Virus record (IMG/VR): IMGVR_UViG_3300048591_000242
Span: 1-64,000 of that record
Source of the DNA: a virus
Taxonomy: Duplodnaviria > Caudoviricetes
Reading direction: 5' to 3' (one strand)
Length of the DNA stretch: 64,000 nt
Part shown: positions 1 through 10,418 of the stretch, in pieces
Layout of the letters: each line of letters opens with the position of its first letter
Numbering within the stretch: position 1 is the stretch's first letter
Notes under the pieces: generated by a model
The model's database searches: none
Told to the model about the DNA's origin: nothing
What the model saw: only the letters and a program-made list of their open reading frames with translations
Position numbers and translations under genes: made by a program

Positions 1-2
1 TT

Positions 3-2132
3 CAGGTAGCTGACGTTATCGCCCAAGTATCAAACATTTTCAGTGACCACCGTGGCGACTTGTTCGATGCAGATGCAGCACGCGCAGTTGTTGGTATGGA
101 GTCGTTACAAGGCGCTGAGTTAGTAAACGCACAGACTGGTTTCGAATCAGTAAAAGACAAATTGGAGCAAGCAGGTTTACGTGACCTGATTATTGCCCAA
201 ATGAATGGTAAGGTTGACGAGCACGTTATCGACATCGCTATGGAATCTGCAGTTATTTCCATGTTGGGTGCCGGTGATGCACCTTCATACCACAATTCGT
301 TCCTGAATACAAAATCTGGTGCTCCTTCTGGTTTCGTAACAGTAGACACATCAGTACCTGGTATCGTTGGTGGCATTCCTTCTATGGAATCATTCACGCA
401 AAACAACTTTGATAAGTATGTTGCGGCTTCTGTAGTGGTAAACGCTCTGACTCTGGCACAATCGAATTTTGATGAGTTATTCTTCCCTACAGAAATCATT
501 TCTGCAGGTAACTCAGGTGCAGCGGTATCTTTACATGTACCATATGCATACAACCGTACCAAGCGCGCAAACAACGGTGCAGGCTATGCATTAGTTAAGA
601 AGCCTCTGGTACATGCCTTGGAAGATCACACCATCCTGGAAAGCGAAACTACCATTATCGTGCCACGTGCAGACGCTGCTGCTGGTAACGACTCGTTCCT
701 GGTAGATCCAGTATTGATTGCCAACAAGGTAGTTGTTGTAAACGGTCAAGACATTGAAACTCGTCCTCTGGTATTCAACAAAGAAATCGACCTGTTAGGC
801 GTATCTGCACATCCTGCAGTAGTTGGTGCTGATCAGCAAGACGAAACCGATGCTCTGGATCAATCAATGTCTTTAGGTAAAGTTTACGTTAAACTTACCT
901 CTGATGTTGGCGGTACTCCTGTAGAAGGCGTATTTGAATTTGACGTCGACGGTACTCAAGGTGCACTGTTCGCCAAGCCTCTGGAAGGAAGCAGCGGCAG
1001 CGACATGGTAGTTAACTTTAATGGCCAGGTCGTACTGAACGGTAACTCACGCACAATCTCTGGTGCCGATGTAGCTACTTTTGATATCTTCAACAAGTTG
1101 GGTGTTGTTGCTGGTGAGCAATGGTCACTTGGTCTTCAGATGGAGCTTACTGGTAAAGCAAACACTGAACTGGGTAACATGAAAGTATTTGCTAACGGTC
1201 TATCTTTGGGCGACGCATTTGCCAATGACGCTATTGTTGGTAAATCTTCTGCAGAATACACAGCAGTAACTACTGATGTAGATGTTGAGTTAGTTGGTTT
1301 CGTTCCACGTGCACGTCGCGTTAACGCTAACCTGCGCACTAAGGGTATCTTCATTGATAACTCTCAGTCAAACAACTACTTCTACCCAATCTCTATCGGT
1401 TCACCTATCGCTGCAGTTCACCCTGTAAGTGGTCAAGGTGGTGGTGCTTCTGTTGACGGTCTGGTACAAGCTACTCGTATTCGTTCTTCAAACGCTGCGG
1501 TTTCTACATTGTTAGCTGCTGAGCAGCGTATTGAGCAGATGGCTGCCTCTGGTACTATCCAAAGCAATGCTACTACAATCGGTGCACACTTCGTGCGTCC
1601 AAGCATTGTTAAGCGCAGCATTGACGTACAAGATGAAATTGCTATCCGTCGTTCTGCTGAAGGCTATGAAGATTTACGTGGTTTCATTGTAGACGAACTG
1701 ACTACAATTGCTGACAAGTTGGCTTTGGAATCCGGTTACCTTTCTGCCCTGGAAAACTTCATGGCTGGTGACAAGGAATACGAAGTAATTATCGGTACTG
1801 ATCCACGTATCGCAGGTTTGTTGATGATCGCTGGCGAAGAGCGTACTCTGGGTGCAAAACATCCTTTCCGTATCGAGTCTTCTTTGGACAAGCGTATGCG
1901 TGGTAAGATCTATGTATCTTTCCGTCGTATTAACAAGACTGGTATTGACCCACTGTCATTTGGTGCTCACCTGTCAATGCCTGCGCTGGTACATGAAGTG
2001 GTTAACAGCAGCCGTGGTGGCGCTACCGTATCTGAACTACAAGTTCAGCCACGTGAGCTACACACTGTTACGTTGCCTATCCTAGGCGTTTTATCAATTC
2101 TTAACTTAGATACATACCACATCAGAAACTAA
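3..2132 (+). CDS. Major capsid protein (phiKZ gp120-like), 5'-truncated by the window edge
   Basis: The frame of the 690-aa ORF stays open back to base 3. The N-terminal part has GME/AME/SME motifs matching the S/A/G-X-E head-protease consensus of phiKZ-like phages. Strongly biased codons and a downstream terminator fit high expression, and gene order with the RNAP subunit and portal matches phiKZ. Confidence 0.85.
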   Translation, partial: QVADVIAQVSNIFSDHRGDLFDADAARAVVGMESLQGAELVNAQTGFESVKDKLEQAGLRDLIIAQMNGKVDEHVIDIAMESAVISMLGAGDAPSYHNSFLNTKSGAPSGFVTVDTSVPGIVGGIPSMESFTQNNFDKYVAASVVVNALTLAQSNFDELFFPTEIISAGNSGAAVSLHVPYAYNRTKRANNGAGYALVKKPLVHALEDHTILESETTIIVPRADAAAGNDSFLVDPVLIANKVVVVNGQDIETRPLVFNKEIDLLGVSAHPAVVGADQQDETDALDQSMSLGKVYVKLTSDVGGTPVEGVFEFDVDGTQGALFAKPLEGSSGSDMVVNFNGQVVLNGNSRTISGADVATFDIFNKLGVVAGEQWSLGLQMELTGKANTELGNMKVFANGLSLGDAFANDAIVGKSSAEYTAVTTDVDVELVGFVPRARRVNANLRTKGIFIDNSQSNNYFYPISIGSPIAAVHPVSGQGGGASVDGLVQATRIRSSNAAVSTLLAAEQRIEQMAASGTIQSNATTIGAHFVRPSIVKRSIDVQDEIAIRRSAEGYEDLRGFIVDELTTIADKLALESGYLSALENFMAGDKEYEVIIGTDPRIAGLLMIAGEERTLGAKHPFRIESSLDKRMRGKIYVSFRRINKTGIDPLSFGAHLSMPALVHEVVNSSRGGATVSELQVQPRELHTVTLPILGVLSILNLDTYHIRN

Positions 2133-2172
2133 TCTGGATGGTTATCAGTTAAGAACATGTGTTTTAGTTAAA

Positions 2173-2215
2173 AGCATAGTAAAGACGCGGCTTAGGCTGC
2201 GTCTTTATTTATGCT
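2173..2215 (+). terminator. Hairpin terminator after the capsid gene
   Basis: AAAGACGCGGC-TTAG-GCTGCGTCTTT stem, flanked by AGCATA and TATGCT. Confidence 0.8.
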
Positions 2216-2244
2216 GCATTTTAGATTCAATGTTTATTCAGATA

Positions 2245-2261
2245 TATATTAAAGTAATAGA
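2245..2261 (+). promoter_or_regulatory. Putative early promoter (TATATTAA-N5-TAGA)
   Basis: One mismatch to the phiKZ early consensus TATATTAC; lies after a terminator and before a small ORF. Confidence 0.55.
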
Positions 2262-2315
2262 TAAACATTAATCTAACCAGTCTTCTATAAAGGGCATGAC
2301 CCTAAGGATACGTAT

Positions 2316-2627
2316 ATGTCTGCTTCTACTGAATTGTTTTTAGAAACCTATTATAAAACCAAAGCTACTATTCCATTTAATAGCAAGTGGCTATGTGCTA
2401 ATGGTGAGTTATCTAACCCAGATTCTATCTCATTGCCCGTAGGCTTTGTAGCTAGATCTACCAACGTTATTACCGGAATGAAGGTATTAGTAATTGGTAC
2501 AGAGTGCGGTACCTTTACTGTATACTTACGTGGGGTAGTTGTTGTACTGGCGGCATCCCCTGCTACTGTTATATCTGCCTGTGACTTAGAAATGTTACTG
2601 GATGGTACAGAAGCCTTAGCTGCATAA
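2316..2627 (+). CDS. Hypothetical protein, probable paralog of 2667..3086
   Basis: 103 aa, AAGGA RBS; VLVIGTECGTFTVY resembles VVFYTPVGNVVIF in the neighbour. Confidence 0.6.
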   Translation: MSASTELFLETYYKTKATIPFNSKWLCANGELSNPDSISLPVGFVARSTNVITGMKVLVIGTECGTFTVYLRGVVVVLAASPATVISACDLEMLLDGTEALAA

Positions 2628-2666
2628 ATTTTAAATCAATGATGGGCTAGACCCAGGAGAATTAAT

Positions 2667-3086
2667 ATGAGAACACCAAATGAGTTATTTTATTCATATG
2701 TAGTAGAAATAGAGCATCACTTGGATGCTGAAACCGTTAAAGCAGGTTCCAATGGTACCGGTTACTTTAATGGTTTAACCAGTATAGCTCCTCCATCACC
2801 ACAGATAAACCGATCTAGATTTATGGATGAGCACGACAGGCAAGGGGTGGTGTTCTATACCCCAGTAGGCAATGTGGTTATCTTTCAAAGATATACAGAT
2901 CATGCTACGGGTATTTATGCATACAACACAGCACCTGCATTTCGTAGTATGCTGCCAAATGGTGCATTGCCGTTGGAGCTACTGGAGTGGTACATGTGTG
3001 GACCAACGACTATACCGAATAGATTTCAGGAAATAGTCAAGGACATGCAAAAGGGCTTAGCTGCACTGGAGAAAGCTGAAGCCTAG
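2667..3086 (+). CDS. Hypothetical jumbo-phage early protein
   Basis: 139 aa, AGGAG RBS, followed by a terminator. Confidence 0.75.
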   Translation: MRTPNELFYSYVVEIEHHLDAETVKAGSNGTGYFNGLTSIAPPSPQINRSRFMDEHDRQGVVFYTPVGNVVIFQRYTDHATGIYAYNTAPAFRSMLPNGALPLELLEWYMCGPTTIPNRFQEIVKDMQKGLAALEKAEA

Positions 3087-3095
3087 TTAAGGTAT

Positions 3096-3125
3096 AAGAG
3101 GGTGACAATAGTCCCCTCTTTTTTT
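3096..3125 (+). terminator. Rho-independent terminator
   Basis: AAGAGGG(T)GAC-AATA-GTCCCCTCTT followed by a T-run. Confidence 0.75.
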
Positions 3126-3141
3126 GTAGGTTTTTAAAGTA

Positions 3142-3158
3142 TATATTACTCATATAGA
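3142..3158 (+). promoter_or_regulatory. Putative early promoter TATATTAC-N5-TAGA
   Basis: Exact TATATTAC, about 30 nt before the ATG at 3181. Confidence 0.7.
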
Positions 3159-3180
3159 CAATTCACTATAGGAGAGTAAT

Positions 3181-3837
3181 ATGTCTAGATTAATTTTGAC
3201 AAGGAGATTTGGTACTAGTACCGCTCCAGCTATTGTTATGCAAAACCCACAGTCGGTTACTGCTAACTTAGGTAAGGGAGACAATTACATAGGTGTAATT
3301 CTAAATAGGCCTATGCGGGAGTTTACTTTAGAGTGCACCACTGAAGAGGGCAAGTGGTCTATGTTTGATGTTAGGGAAGATATGATTTACTTTTATAAGG
3401 AAGGGGAAGGCTTACTTGTAAACTACGTAGCATTAAAGGAGCGTGGTTTGGAATTTAGAATAAGTCCTAGAAGAGGCACTACTGACTACAAGGCACCTAG
3501 AGAGGAGATTGTTGAGAAGCTAAGATATTTAGCTATAGTTATATCTGCTATAAAGGCAGATAACACTGACGTTATTATAGTAGATGCTCCTACTGGAGAG
3601 AACAGCGCTAGGGCTTCTAGAGGAGAATTGCCGTTAGCCTATACCAGTGTAATACGTTTACGTAACAGTACCTTTAAAAGCAGAAGACCGGGAGTAAAAG
3701 ATTTATCTAAAAGAAAGGTACGAGGATATACCAGAATTATAACTGATAAAAGAAACGGTAGTACTAAGTCTATATATGTACCGCCCACTCACGTAGGACG
3801 AGAAGGCGTCTACATAAACGAGCAGTATATACTCTAG
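3181..3837 (+). CDS. Hypothetical protein with basic C-terminal VRGYTR...KSIYVPP motif
   Basis: 218 aa, AGGAG RBS; resembles the HxVRGHxR motif common in phage hypothetical proteins. Confidence 0.7.
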   Translation: MSRLILTRRFGTSTAPAIVMQNPQSVTANLGKGDNYIGVILNRPMREFTLECTTEEGKWSMFDVREDMIYFYKEGEGLLVNYVALKERGLEFRISPRRGTTDYKAPREEIVEKLRYLAIVISAIKADNTDVIIVDAPTGENSARASRGELPLAYTSVIRLRNSTFKSRRPGVKDLSKRKVRGYTRIITDKRNGSTKSIYVPPTHVGREGVYINEQYIL

Positions 3838-3920
3838 TGGCAGGTAGGGATAGTATGGACGCATCCTACCTGCTACAAGGATGTTTTATTTTTTGAACGT
3901 TAAACTTAGGAACAGGTAAG

Positions 3921-4475
3921 ATGGGTTATGTTACTAGCGAGTGGCTGTTTATATACGCGCTATTTTTGATTGCTGTTTTTGCATTAGGGTATGTATTCTG
4001 TAGATGGCATATGGGTAAGTTGATTGGTTTTACACTAGAAGAAGTGTATACGGGGAGAGAGCCACTTATAGGTACTACGCACAAGCACAAGCGTACTGGA
4101 ATGATTTACCGGATAGAGAGTCTGGGCAATCTAGCGGCGGATGCTCATCGGCAAGGAGAGTATCCAATTATAGTAAACTATGTAAGCAGTACTGGCGTAC
4201 TGTGGAGCTGCACACTAGCGGATTTTGTAAGGAGAACTAAACCGTGTCCTAGTGGAAGCATACGTTTCACGGTATCGGGTAGACGCACTAATGCCACTCG
4301 TTCTATGTCGGCTAAAGGACTTTATGTTTTAGGCAAAAAGCTTACTAGTGGCTACTGTATAGAGGATACGGTAAGCATGACTATTATTAAGAAACCTAAT
4401 AAGAGTTCTTTACTATTAGATAGAGACGGTAATGCTTATTATGGCGGCAGTATGTTAAGACCTATGTCAGAATAA
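3921..4475 (+). CDS. Membrane-anchored DUF1653-like protein
   Basis: N-terminal hydrophobic helix, then HKHKRTGMIYRI...IVNYVS..GVLW, resembling DUF1653. Confidence 0.5.
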   Translation: MGYVTSEWLFIYALFLIAVFALGYVFCRWHMGKLIGFTLEEVYTGREPLIGTTHKHKRTGMIYRIESLGNLAADAHRQGEYPIIVNYVSSTGVLWSCTLADFVRRTKPCPSGSIRFTVSGRRTNATRSMSAKGLYVLGKKLTSGYCIEDTVSMTIIKKPNKSSLLLDRDGNAYYGGSMLRPMSE

Positions 4476-4547
4476 AACAAACTTATTGAAAAGGGACTCC
4501 TTAAAAGGGGTCTCTTTCTATGCTGTATTTCAGGAATACCGTAAATA

Positions 4548-4564
4548 TATATTACCGGTATAGA
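4548..4564 (+). promoter_or_regulatory. Putative early promoter TATATTAC-N5-TAGA
   Basis: AAATATATATTACCGGTATAGA, after a hairpin terminator at ~4490-4520. Confidence 0.7.
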
Positions 4565-4599
4565 CGCATTATTTAAATTCACACTCGGAGAACAAGAAA

Positions 4600-5616
4600 A
4601 TGATCAAAAAGACATCGACCTTTGGTGTGCCGACGACCTTTGGAAATATTAAAAACGACTACATCAGAAGAATATTTAATAACACCGGTGTCCCTATAAG
4701 AATCACAGATGCTTCTGGCAGATGCATAGTACATGCTCCCATTCCACATCCTAAGCATAGCTGTCACGACAGGGAGTTAGTTATTGAAGAATGGTTTGAT
4801 GGTACCAATACAAATGGCATGGTAGATGTACGCGAAGAGTATGATGGTTTTTATCACTCTACTATGGCAGTAAACATCAAACTTAGCATTTCATTAAATG
4901 ATTTAGCAGAACTACCAGACGGTATTTATCTGGAAGAGTGCAGTCTGCACATTTGTTTAGCTACATTTGAAAGCACCATTACACATCCTAGAGTATGTGA
5001 AACTCTATACAAGCAGTTATTACAGCGTACCGGTATGTTTGTAGGCGTAGAGTTGTTAGATCCTAGAAAATGTATGGGTACTATGTATGCTACTATATCT
5101 GGAGTAGTATATACACTAAGTCCCAGGAGAACACCTACGCCTAGTAAGGAGGGTGTAGCGTTATACTACAGAAACTCTATGACTGGGATAATGGATGAGA
5201 AGGTATATCCGTTGGAAGACCTTATGAAGTCTCCGGGCATAGACGGTATTCGTATTTATCGTACTGAAGTAGAAGCTTTAGAAGATCTTAACAACCCTGA
5301 GTTAAGTTTAATAGAGAAGAGTAAGCACGAGTTACGTACTAAAAGGGATGCTATTTTTAATGAGGGTTTAGCTGAGGGTAAGCGTATAGTAACTGAAGAG
5401 CTAAATAAAACTAAACTGGCTCATGATGAGAAAATACGAAAAACAATAGATGAGGCTAACAAAATAAAACTAGCAGCAGATGAAAAGCTAAAGCGTTCAG
5501 AGGACATTCTGGATAAAGTACGACATACTCAAAGAAATGATAAAACTGGTATTTGGGCAGGCTTTATTAAAATGTGTTCCAGTTTCATTGGCTTCTTCAG
5601 AGTATTATTTATATAA
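4600..5616 (+). CDS. Conserved jumbo-phage hypothetical protein with C-terminal coiled coil
   Basis: 338 aa, GGAG RBS; lies between the capsid and RNAP subunit genes. Confidence 0.75.
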   Translation: MIKKTSTFGVPTTFGNIKNDYIRRIFNNTGVPIRITDASGRCIVHAPIPHPKHSCHDRELVIEEWFDGTNTNGMVDVREEYDGFYHSTMAVNIKLSISLNDLAELPDGIYLEECSLHICLATFESTITHPRVCETLYKQLLQRTGMFVGVELLDPRKCMGTMYATISGVVYTLSPRRTPTPSKEGVALYYRNSMTGIMDEKVYPLEDLMKSPGIDGIRIYRTEVEALEDLNNPELSLIEKSKHELRTKRDAIFNEGLAEGKRIVTEELNKTKLAHDEKIRKTIDEANKIKLAADEKLKRSEDILDKVRHTQRNDKTGIWAGFIKMCSSFIGFFRVLFI

Positions 5617-5680
5617 CAAAATACAGACCTTCATTATTGTCTGTATGTTCATCAAAAACTATAACTATTAGGGGTAAAAT

Positions 5681-7276
5681 ATGTTAGGTTCTAAACTTCT
5701 AAAGAAATGCATGGATACATCGCCTCGCATAAATCCACAGTTAGCTGGCGGATTGGCATATTACCAGTCGACTGCCATAGAGAAGTATGTGGATGAGGTT
5801 ATCCGATGTGCGTCTATAAGTTTCCCAGAAGGCCTTAGATACATGGGTTATCGTAGAGCTACCCCAGAGGAACAGCTCACACATCTTACAAGACAGTATA
5901 GATCTAAGAAAAACTATGAGTTAGCAATCTCAGATCTGTATATGTGCGTATATTTCTTTGAGTTTAAAGGTGTCTCCATTAAACCCAGATATATACAACT
6001 TCCATATATTAGACCAGGTGGTCTTATTCGCATTAGAGGCTCCAGCTTCGTAGTTTCTCCAGTACTTACCGACAACATATTTAGTATAACTAATGATCAG
6101 ATTTACATGCCGGTAACTAGGGACAAATTAACGTTTAAGAAAATAACCTCGAACTTTAAAGCCAATGGTGAAATAGTATCGGTAGATGTAGTATGGTCTT
6201 CTATCTTTAACCCCAAAAGAGAAGAACGACACAAACAGCGGGTATCTACTTTAGTGCACTATGTATTAGCTAAGTTAGGTATTACTGAGTGCTTTAAGAA
6301 ATACTACGGCATAGACGTTGTTTATGGAGATGAGGAAATTACTCCAGAAAAATATCCGTTAGATAAGTGGGTAATCTGTACCAGCCAGGGTATAAGACCA
6401 CTAAATAAAGGCTACAACAACTACATGCCGAATTCACTAAGAATAGCTATTCCTAAGGAGCAATATACCCAACAGGTAGCTTCTGTGGTAGGCGGGATAT
6501 TCTACATAGTGGATAGAGAACCTGAGATGTGTAAGTCCGAGTATATGGATAATCCGATGTTTTGGCGTAGAATCCTACCTAGGTTTATAAAAACTAACAT
6601 AGGTTTAGAAACTAAAGCCATGGAAGAAATGGCTGCTCATTTTGAGTCAGTGGATGCCTATATGGACGACCTGGTTAGACGTAGATTACAGAAGGAAAAT
6701 ATTCCTATGGAGAATATCTATGACTTGCTAGTTCACATAATGGATACCTTCTCTGAAAGAACCATGAATTGTGATCCAGCCGAGATGATTACCAACAAAC
6801 AGTTGGAAACGGTAAGACCTCTACTTACCAATATTGTCTATGCCATTTCTACATTGACCTTTAGAATGTGGAAGATGCAGGGTGAGAGATTAAACATTCA
6901 AAACATCATGGGTGATTTTGATAAGATATTTCCGACTAATGAGATTTACAAAATAAACAGATCGCACGGTGAAGTGAGTACGCTGGACTCAGCTACTGAT
7001 CTTTTGCCTTTATCAGTTACTAAGTCACTGATACCTCAGTCTAAAGCTACGGCTATGCGCGGCAGTAGTGCTGAGAGCGAGATGACTGATCCTACGTTTG
7101 CGTTACATCCTACGCAGTGTCTGGTTAGTACATATCTGTTTATAACTAAATCTGATCCTAGTGCTAGATCCTCTATAAATCACTTTTTGGAGTTGGGTCC
7201 TAATGGTGAAGTATTGGTGGATAAGAAGCTACTGGATAGTCTGAAGACCCTAGATACGCTACTTAAACCAAAATAA
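5681..7276 (+). CDS. Phage multisubunit RNA polymerase beta-like subunit (phiKZ gp123-like, non-virion RNAP)
   Basis: 531 aa; IQLPYIRPGGLIRIRGSSFVVSP resembles the beta N-terminal region; size and position downstream of the capsid gene match phiKZ gp123. Confidence 0.75.
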   Translation: MLGSKLLKKCMDTSPRINPQLAGGLAYYQSTAIEKYVDEVIRCASISFPEGLRYMGYRRATPEEQLTHLTRQYRSKKNYELAISDLYMCVYFFEFKGVSIKPRYIQLPYIRPGGLIRIRGSSFVVSPVLTDNIFSITNDQIYMPVTRDKLTFKKITSNFKANGEIVSVDVVWSSIFNPKREERHKQRVSTLVHYVLAKLGITECFKKYYGIDVVYGDEEITPEKYPLDKWVICTSQGIRPLNKGYNNYMPNSLRIAIPKEQYTQQVASVVGGIFYIVDREPEMCKSEYMDNPMFWRRILPRFIKTNIGLETKAMEEMAAHFESVDAYMDDLVRRRLQKENIPMENIYDLLVHIMDTFSERTMNCDPAEMITNKQLETVRPLLTNIVYAISTLTFRMWKMQGERLNIQNIMGDFDKIFPTNEIYKINRSHGEVSTLDSATDLLPLSVTKSLIPQSKATAMRGSSAESEMTDPTFALHPTQCLVSTYLFITKSDPSARSSINHFLELGPNGEVLVDKKLLDSLKTLDTLLKPK

Positions 7277-7292
7277 TTAGGAGAATACATAA

Positions 7293-7868
7293 ATGAGAGA
7301 TGGTACATTTCTTGGTACTGTAATATTTCCCTCTGGCGATGGAGTAGAGCATACTGCTGAGAGTATCTCTAATAGGCTATTACAGGAGTTTAGCCTTAGA
7401 CCCATACCTGAGATGGCAAACATCAGAGTAGCCACAGCGGTTACTGCTGTCTTGTCTATGGTATTAACTAAGCTAGATGATCTTGAATATGCTAACATCT
7501 ATAGTCAAGACACCACCTTAGACATACAGAGAAAGTATTACTCTCACGGATTAGAGGGTAAAGCCTTATCTGAGCTACTCACCAGTATAGCTAAATGCAC
7601 AGCAGTCCATCTGCTAGTGCATGAGAGATTAGATACTGAAGAGGTGTTGGATGATTTAGCTAAAACCATTCTCTATGGCTCTATTAGTCAGAACCGATAT
7701 AAGTTTGGTATATACGAGCACTCTACAGTGGTGGATGACTGTGGTCGTGAATTCGAGCAAGACTTACGTATATATAACTTTATAGAGACACACGGTCTGG
7801 CTAAGGTATTGGAAGCCATACGTGCCTTAGTAAAATCTAAACCAGTAAAAACCAGAAAAATAATCTAA
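7293..7868 (+). CDS. Hypothetical protein
   Basis: 191 aa, AGGAG RBS. Confidence 0.7.
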   Translation: MRDGTFLGTVIFPSGDGVEHTAESISNRLLQEFSLRPIPEMANIRVATAVTAVLSMVLTKLDDLEYANIYSQDTTLDIQRKYYSHGLEGKALSELLTSIAKCTAVHLLVHERLDTEEVLDDLAKTILYGSISQNRYKFGIYEHSTVVDDCGREFEQDLRIYNFIETHGLAKVLEAIRALVKSKPVKTRKII

Positions 7869-7881
7869 CAATCGGAGGCCT

Positions 7882-9720
7882 ATGGTGATAACCGATGAGG
7901 ACGATAGGGAGGAGGCTGACGAGATATTTCCTGTAGATGAGGATATGTATTATGACGATGAGGATGACGTTATACTAGAAGATCCTAAACCTAAAACCAT
8001 AAAGATCATAACTCCAGGTAGTATTACTGGAGGTGAAGACTTTGAGGAGTTTCAGGCAAAAGCAGGTAAGATATTTACTAAGCAGAAATACAAGGAAAAA
8101 ATAGATAATCTATACCGTATAAATAAGGACGGTAGTATACCAGAAGATATGAAGTTCGGTGCTAAATGGGCACCAAGCTCAATAGAGATAAAACCTGAAA
8201 AAACAACCACGAAACAAACATGTCAGCTAGGAGACATTATGAATCACTATCCACAAATAAACGGGTTGATAGGGCCCCACAGGGACGGCGCTGGGAATGT
8301 ATATTACATAAACCCAGCTAACAGTATGGCCATATCCGGAGACGAAGCTATAGCTAGTTTACAGTCGCGTATGCCACAGCCTCAGTACGGGCAGTATCCA
8401 CAGCAGCAATATCCACCCGGGTACGTACCACCCCAACCACAGTATGCGCCACCGCCTCAGTATCCAAACCAACCACCACAGTACAGACACTATCAGCCAC
8501 CACCCCCAAACCAGCATACACCGCCGCCCCCAAACGGCCTGTATCATAACAGCAGAAATACCGGATACGCTGCAGCACCGGTAGCACACGGTGGTGACAA
8601 AGAACATAGTCCGTCCGATTGGATGTTAAAAACAGAACAACCACCTGTAAACATCCAGCCCCAGCAGCCACCCCAACCTATGGCACGACAACAGGTTAGG
8701 GTGGCTGGAGACGGTCTGTTTAGAGTAACTAAGGAAACCATAGAGGCTATATATGGTAAATCCTTAGGTATCTCTGTGGCACACGATCCAAAAGTTAATA
8801 CTGTAGTACCACTGGCAGACGAAAACAATAAACTTATTAAATTCATACTTAACGGGAGACATGAAATGAATAAAGGCGATCACATTAGAGTTATGGATGA
8901 CCCACGTACCACTACTGTAGCGCAGGCGGTCTCTAAGGTCTCTAAGGCACCTATTCCTAAGGTAGCTCTGCCGTTAGCCGTAGATAAGAAGTGTTATGAT
9001 GTTGGTACTATTGCCGAAGGTCTTCTGGTGGTAAATCGCGTCAGCAAAAAGAACAACAACATAGCTGCGCTGGTGAAGATTAACAGGGCTAACTCCATTG
9101 TCGGTATAGATTCAGAAGACTCTATTATCGAAGACATAGTGGGCCTTGGTGACTCTGAAGACTTTGTAGGGGAATATTTAGCTATGCGGGATGTATTGCT
9201 AGACAACTATCCTGCAGTGGCTAACTACATAGACCACAAGCTTACCAAAGCGGCTAATGACATTCTTGTCTACGTCATACGCGCTGACTTCATTATGGAT
9301 GATACACTGGCTAGTGACTACGATGACGTTATAGAGGCACTTACCCCTAGCAACGATGTCGATGAGTTTGTGGATGAACTTAACAATATATGTAACCGTA
9401 TCTTTGATTTCGATGTAAGTGAGGCGGCCTTTGGTAGCAGTGAGGCTATAGAAGTACTTACTGATACAGAGGAATCACCTATACTTCTTCTGAATACAGA
9501 TGAAATAAATCCAAAGATAGCGGATGGTGTAATTACACCAGAGTTATTGCCGGAGATATATGAAGGACTGTCTATGTCTATGCAGGCTAGAATAGATTCA
9601 GGTGTAGACAACCCATATCTGTACATAACCAATACAAAGGGACACGTATTGAAAGTTATGGTATCTGCTGCCAAGACCCAGAAGATGGCACTACATTCTG
9701 TAGTAGCGGTTATTCAGTAA
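7882..9720 (+). CDS. Hypothetical protein with acidic N-terminus and P/Q/Y-rich low-complexity linker
   Basis: 612 aa, GGAGG RBS; PQPQYGQYPQQQYPPGYVPPQPQY tract. Confidence 0.8.
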   Translation: MVITDEDDREEADEIFPVDEDMYYDDEDDVILEDPKPKTIKIITPGSITGGEDFEEFQAKAGKIFTKQKYKEKIDNLYRINKDGSIPEDMKFGAKWAPSSIEIKPEKTTTKQTCQLGDIMNHYPQINGLIGPHRDGAGNVYYINPANSMAISGDEAIASLQSRMPQPQYGQYPQQQYPPGYVPPQPQYAPPPQYPNQPPQYRHYQPPPPNQHTPPPPNGLYHNSRNTGYAAAPVAHGGDKEHSPSDWMLKTEQPPVNIQPQQPPQPMARQQVRVAGDGLFRVTKETIEAIYGKSLGISVAHDPKVNTVVPLADENNKLIKFILNGRHEMNKGDHIRVMDDPRTTTVAQAVSKVSKAPIPKVALPLAVDKKCYDVGTIAEGLLVVNRVSKKNNNIAALVKINRANSIVGIDSEDSIIEDIVGLGDSEDFVGEYLAMRDVLLDNYPAVANYIDHKLTKAANDILVYVIRADFIMDDTLASDYDDVIEALTPSNDVDEFVDELNNICNRIFDFDVSEAAFGSSEAIEVLTDTEESPILLLNTDEINPKIADGVITPELLPEIYEGLSMSMQARIDSGVDNPYLYITNTKGHVLKVMVSAAKTQKMALHSVVAVIQ

Positions 9721-9723
9721 TAC

Positions 9724-9773
9724 AGCATAAGTACACTAGTACCCCTTATCGGGTACTAGTGTATGCTTATGCT
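9724..9773. terminator. Bidirectional terminator between convergent genes
   Basis: 13-bp stem TACACTAGTACCC/GGGTACTAGTGTA inside AGCATAAG...CTTATGCT. Confidence 0.8.
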
Positions 9774-9809
9774 CTTTTTTCTTTTATTAACCTGTAGTCC
9801 GTTTTCCTA

Positions 9810-10388
9810 TTAACCCATAAACGGATATAGGTACTTGGTTACATAGTGGACACCCACGGCAGTTGCGTCTATCTCATGCTCCGTCATTTCTTCTATGTTT
9901 ACGTTGGGACCATAGAAGATAGGGAGTTTAGTGTTTTTAAGTGCCACTAGCATATCGTTCTTATCGCTAGAGCCACCGCTTACACCCATGGCCTTTTTTA
10001 CCGTAGGTGGATCTACATACTCTACCGGTACAGTAGAATCCCATTCTAAGATAACATTTCTAAAGGTAGTTACTATCTCAGTGAGAGCTTTAAATGCCTG
10101 AGGGAGTCTACTTAGAAAGGGGGCCTCTATAGCTACAGCAGAAGGTTCCCATGTAAGTAGTAGTTGTTTCAGTGCCTCTCCATAACAATATACTGCTGTC
10201 TCTCTATCGCCATGCACGTCAGCCATCCACTGGTGTCCCCTCAACAGATCATTCCTTTTAAATGTTTTGCTAAAGCATATAACCATATTTCCATTAGATA
10301 AATCCACCTCAATTACGGTAATACCGGTTTGATTGGTAGATGGATCTATGGCTATGACCCGATACTTATTAGTATGGTCTATATTCAT
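9810..10388 (-). CDS. ruvC: RuvC Holliday junction resolvase
   Basis: Acidic catalytic motifs IAIDPSTNQTG, AIEAPF and HEIDA; RBS-supported ATG at MNIDH. Confidence 0.85.
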   Translation of the reverse strand: MNIDHTNKYRVIAIDPSTNQTGITVIEVDLSNGNMVICFSKTFKRNDLLRGHQWMADVHGDRETAVYCYGEALKQLLLTWEPSAVAIEAPFLSRLPQAFKALTEIVTTFRNVILEWDSTVPVEYVDPPTVKKAMGVSGGSSDKNDMLVALKNTKLPIFYGPNVNIEEMTEHEIDATAVGVHYVTKYLYPFMG

Positions 10389-10418
10389 TCTCTCACCTTT
10401 TTGCAATTTCTACATATA

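Noticed and set aside
2-574. 190-aa minus-strand ORF and other short ORFs antisense to long genes
   Set aside because: They are fully nested opposite well-supported genes with biased codons, which is typical of shadow ORFs
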